Below are positions 60,157 to 64,000 of a stretch of DNA of 64,000 nucleotides, piece by piece. The stretch covers positions 82,646,001 through 82,710,000 of the forward strand of contig OX597814.1 in NCBI GenBank assembly GCA_951406725.2, in the 5' to 3' direction. Made by a program: the position numbers and the translations under genes. How positions within the stretch are numbered: position 1 is the first letter of the stretch; every line of letters begins with the position of its first letter. This DNA is from Octopus vulgaris. Taxonomy: Eukaryota. The notes beneath the pieces are model-generated. The model was not told where the DNA came from and did no database searches. It saw only the letters and a list, made by a program, of their open reading frames with translations.

Positions 60157-60897
60157 AAAGGAATTCCGACCTTGTCTGATTTTCACGTTTTATTTACAAT
60201 CTTATAATGATATAAGATAATATAATAAAATAAAATAAAATAATAGAATGTTAAATGTTCATTCTGATTGAACCAGTACTTTCATGCATTAAATTCTGCA
60301 ATCTTCAGGTTCATGTAGTTGTGGTGACAGTCATGCTTCACAATTTTTGACTGTAGCGAGATGATTAAATCTGTGCTTTAAATACAGTTGGGTAGGCTCC
60401 AGATGCTAGGTTTTGCAAACTGTATTCTGACCAATCAGTGTGTAGTATCACTCAATTACTTAAGCTGATTGGTTGGTTGAGCTGATTGGTTTAGGCGTCA
60501 GGTTTTGTTGGACATGTCAAGAGTCCTGTATCTTGACCCTGGCCGAAGCAGCAATTGTTGGGCTATTTTTAGAAATGTTGTAAATAGCCTTTGTCAGAGA
60601 TTTTTATATTTTTATATTTTAATTGTCATCATCATCATTTTCAGTACCTTAATTATTGTTGCTAGTGGTGATGGTGGTGGCAATAGAACTTTTAACCCTA
60701 AATAAGATAATTTTCCTGCTATCTAAGTATTATTATTATTGCTTATTTAGCTTGGGTTCGAATTTATCAATAAAATTCTTTTCTCTGATTTTCCTCTCGA
60801 TTTCACTTGGGCTGTGTAATTTGTAGAATGGAAATATTATATACATTTTCCGGCCACATGTTGCTAGGTGGTTACTCAAAGGTATCTGAGTAACCAG
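60155..60897 (-). mobile_element. Penelope-like element 3' remnant (GIY-YIG C-terminus + pseudo-LTR)
   Basis: PLSNHLATC...IFPFYK....IERKIREKNFIDKFEPKLN-stop (60736-60897) fits a GIY-YIG C-terminal E..I....P.LN motif. A same-strand hammerhead lies downstream. Confidence 0.75.
60269..60313 (-). ncRNA. Minimal hammerhead ribozyme motif with intact core and G at the cleavage position
   Basis: tgaac-CTGAAGA-ttgca-gaatttaa-tgcat-GAAAGTACT-G-gttca, with palindromic stem III AGTACT. Confidence 0.7.
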
Positions 60898-60968
<71 letters not shown>

Positions 60969-61449
60969 ACAGGCTTCCATGATCTTTCTGTCTATCAAAA
61001 AATTCAATCACAAGGCATTGATTGCTTAAGGACTATAGTAGAAGATACTTGATCAAGCCACATGATTGCAAAGTGAGTTTTTTAACCACACAGCCATATC
61101 TGCACCATGTTAAAATTTTAACAGGACATTTTGTAAGTAGAATACTGGCCTAGAAATTTTGGGTGTCTACATTGTGAATGTATAAACTTTTTGTTTTACT
61201 TCTCAAGTTCTAATAGTGATATTTTACCAACATGTGTGTCTCTCTCACATTCACAGATACACATCTATGAGTTCATCACGCACATATAGGTGTGCCTGTG
61301 TTTGTGTGTGTGTGTGTCTAGAGGTAAACGTACTCAACTGTTATTCCTTGACAAACTTCCATACATACAACTATTATTTATTTATTTGGACAGTTTGGAA
61401 CAGATTCAGAATTCTATTGGTATTGGTTTTCTGTAAATCACACAGACTC

Positions 61450-61628
61450 ATGTGCATACATATATACATACACACGTGTTTGTACACTCACATACAGATG
61501 TATATATATTGTATAATACAGGTATCTATGTTATATAAATATGGATACATACCCACACACATTTGTCTGTATAAATATATATATGTGTATATATATATAT
61601 GTATACATACACACACACATATATATAC

Positions 61629-61676
<48 letters not shown>

Positions 61677-61818
61677 ACATACACACACATATTTGTGTAT
61701 GTATGTATGTAAGTATGTATTTATATAAATATAGACAGAGTATATGTATACATATATGCATCTTTGTATGCATGTGTATGTATATATATGCATGCATGTA
61801 TACATACACGCATTTGTG

Positions 61819-61850
<32 letters not shown>
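61450..61850. repeat. Compound (TA)/(CA) microsatellite field
   Basis: Directly visible. Confidence 0.95.
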
Positions 61851-61854
<4 letters not shown>

Positions 61855-62329
61855 GTTTGTGTCTTTTAATTATATATTCCTTCAATATGCAGTTAATTAT
61901 ATGTCCTTCAAGAAATTTCATTATGTTCATACTGCGTATGTTTAATTATCTAACAAGCGGGATTTCTGCTGTTATATGTGTATAGTTTTCTCTCAGTCAT
62001 GATTTATGCTTTACTGCTACGTATATTAGATTAATTATCCTTCTTGATACTTATATATGTTTAATTGCACATTTTTCTGATTGCATTCTATAAAATTGCT
62101 TTCAGCAATGGCATGAGGTCTGTGATTTTTGAAGTAGAAAAGATGCAGTTGTGATATTTATGCTTTCCCTCAGAGATTTAGTGAGAGAAATAAATGAAGG
62201 TAGTAGTTTGCAGATTTAGCTGGCAGGAAACATATCTGCTCTTAGCTGAATGTCAAGATTCTCTGCAGTATACATACATAGACACACACACAAGGAAAAG
62301 AATATTTAAAAGAAATTTTAAAAATATCT

Positions 62330-63125
62330 ATTAGATTAGGGCTACAAGATAACAGTTTACTTGAAGTGACTGCCCTCAACTTCTAACACAGCCTCAAGAC
62401 AGCTTCAGAAACTGGTGTATGCATTTCTTACCGTATCCCTGGGAAGATCTTTGAACATCTCCTAGATCTTGACCACCAGCGCAGCCTTGGTCTTGCAAGC
62501 AGAGCAGTTGGTGTCTTTCTTAATGGTACCCCATGCGTAGTAATCCATGGGATTACAATCAAGGGAATTAGAAAGTCAGAAATTGGGGCTAGTGAAGTTT
62601 TAGAAAACCGCTGACAGTCACTTCTGATTCTTTAGTGAGGCATGACAAGGACCTGAATCCTATTGCCACACATGTGACCTTCCAGTAGCAACCCTCTCCA
62701 ACAAGGATTTGATCATTGTCTCCAGTAGTTTCACATAGCTATCTGAATTGAGTCTAAGGCTCTGTTCAAAGATGTGGGGTACATGTTGACACCATCACTG
62801 GAGACACACCCAATGACTATCACAGTTTGGGAGAAATTGGTTTCTATGATGTCCTTACAAAATCTTACTGCCTTTACAGTGTTCACAGAGCATTGAGCAG
62901 CAATCATGATATCAGCATTTTAATACCTGGTGTAGATCATCACGACACAAGTAACTCTTTTCCAATATTCAGATGTCTTCCAGTCCTCCATGACAGCTGA
63001 CTTTTTCTCAACTACAACTTTACTCTTTATGCTCTCTGATGCCATTGACTATTCACCAATACATCAAGCTGTTCCTGAAAAGGAGACATAAAATATCAAA
63101 TTTAGCCTGACCACTATGTAATTAT
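62330..63125 (-). pseudogene. Tc1/mariner-superfamily transposase remnant
   Basis: VWQ*DSGPCHA and NSLDCNPMDYYAWG correspond to the QQD.AP.H and SPDLNP.DY catalytic motifs. Confidence 0.75.
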
Positions 63126-64000
63126 TCCTTTTTTTCGGTGCAGTAAATATTGAAGCACAGATAAAGCTACTATAAATAATACCATGTAAATATTGGGTTG
63201 AAAAACCTTTTTGCCCTTTTGGATAGAAAAAGCTAAAGGGATTATTTTGTGTTCTCTCAAAAGTTTATACAATACACTTGTTGTTGGTAATAATAAAGTT
63301 TCTAAAATGGATAGAGAAATTCAAAGGAATGGTCTAGTTCAATGTAAGAATGGCTGTCATGTCTACAGGAGATGTGGGTTCAAGTCCCAGAAGCAGCATT
63401 CGCTGTATACTATCTAAAGGGATTTTTCAGCCCAATATTAACATGCTTTTATTTGTAATAGCATTATGAGTACTTCAAGATCAGCTGTTCCAAAAGAGAA
63501 TTATTTGATGCTCTCTCAAATGTTTATGAATTCTTATGATATCTATAATATGTAATTATACAACTGTCTGTACATCTTGTACACCATAAATATATAACCA
63601 TCTGTATATCATTCATGCAGATATCTATACACTAGAGCTAATTATTTTTATTATTATACTAAACTAAACATTCATCAAAATGTTATTTAGCCAAGAAATA
63701 TTAATTCTCTGAACACTCCTCCTCACAGTATATATATATACATATGAGTACAAACATATTGCATTTATGTCTGTTTATCCATGTATCAGAAATTATTCAG
63801 ATAAGAAATTAAATATTTTAATATTATTTGATTTTGTATCTGAAGAATTTCTGATAGGAAATTCCTTACTTGTTTATCTAACATGTAAAACTCTGTAATT
63901 CAATTTAGCAAATGAAACATGTGTAATGCAGAATATATAATACCAATAAATTTTCCAACTTCCTGTTTCTTTATACAATAACTCTGCAAACAATATTTCC

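Overview
This is AT-rich, microsatellite-dense animal DNA. The SINE, RTE and mariner repertoire suggests an octopus or other cephalopod (inference, not verified). I found no convincing host protein-coding gene: the window reads as intronic or intergenic and consists mostly of transposable elements and their debris. The one nearly intact element is a ~5.4-kb CR1-type LINE on the minus strand (52271-57660). It has an unusual ORF1 (trihelix Myb/SANT-like N-terminus plus a CCCH zinc finger), a 9-copy tandem array in its 5' UTR, a -1-frame ORF1/ORF2 overlap with a correctly phased slippery heptamer, and a 3' stem-loop that covaries with the tail of an abundant SINE in the window. A second signal, invisible in the ORF track, is at least seven minimal type-I hammerhead ribozyme motifs of Penelope type. 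One pair sits behind a tRNA-like Pol III head and one sits downstream of a GIY-YIG ORF remnant. The rest comprises tRNA-derived SINEs, RTE LINE fragments, mariner/Tc1, hAT and piggyBac-type remnants and MITEs, a Gypsy integrase remnant, a 165-bp solo LTR, and mini- and microsatellites. Most short ORFs in the track are artefacts of simple repeats.
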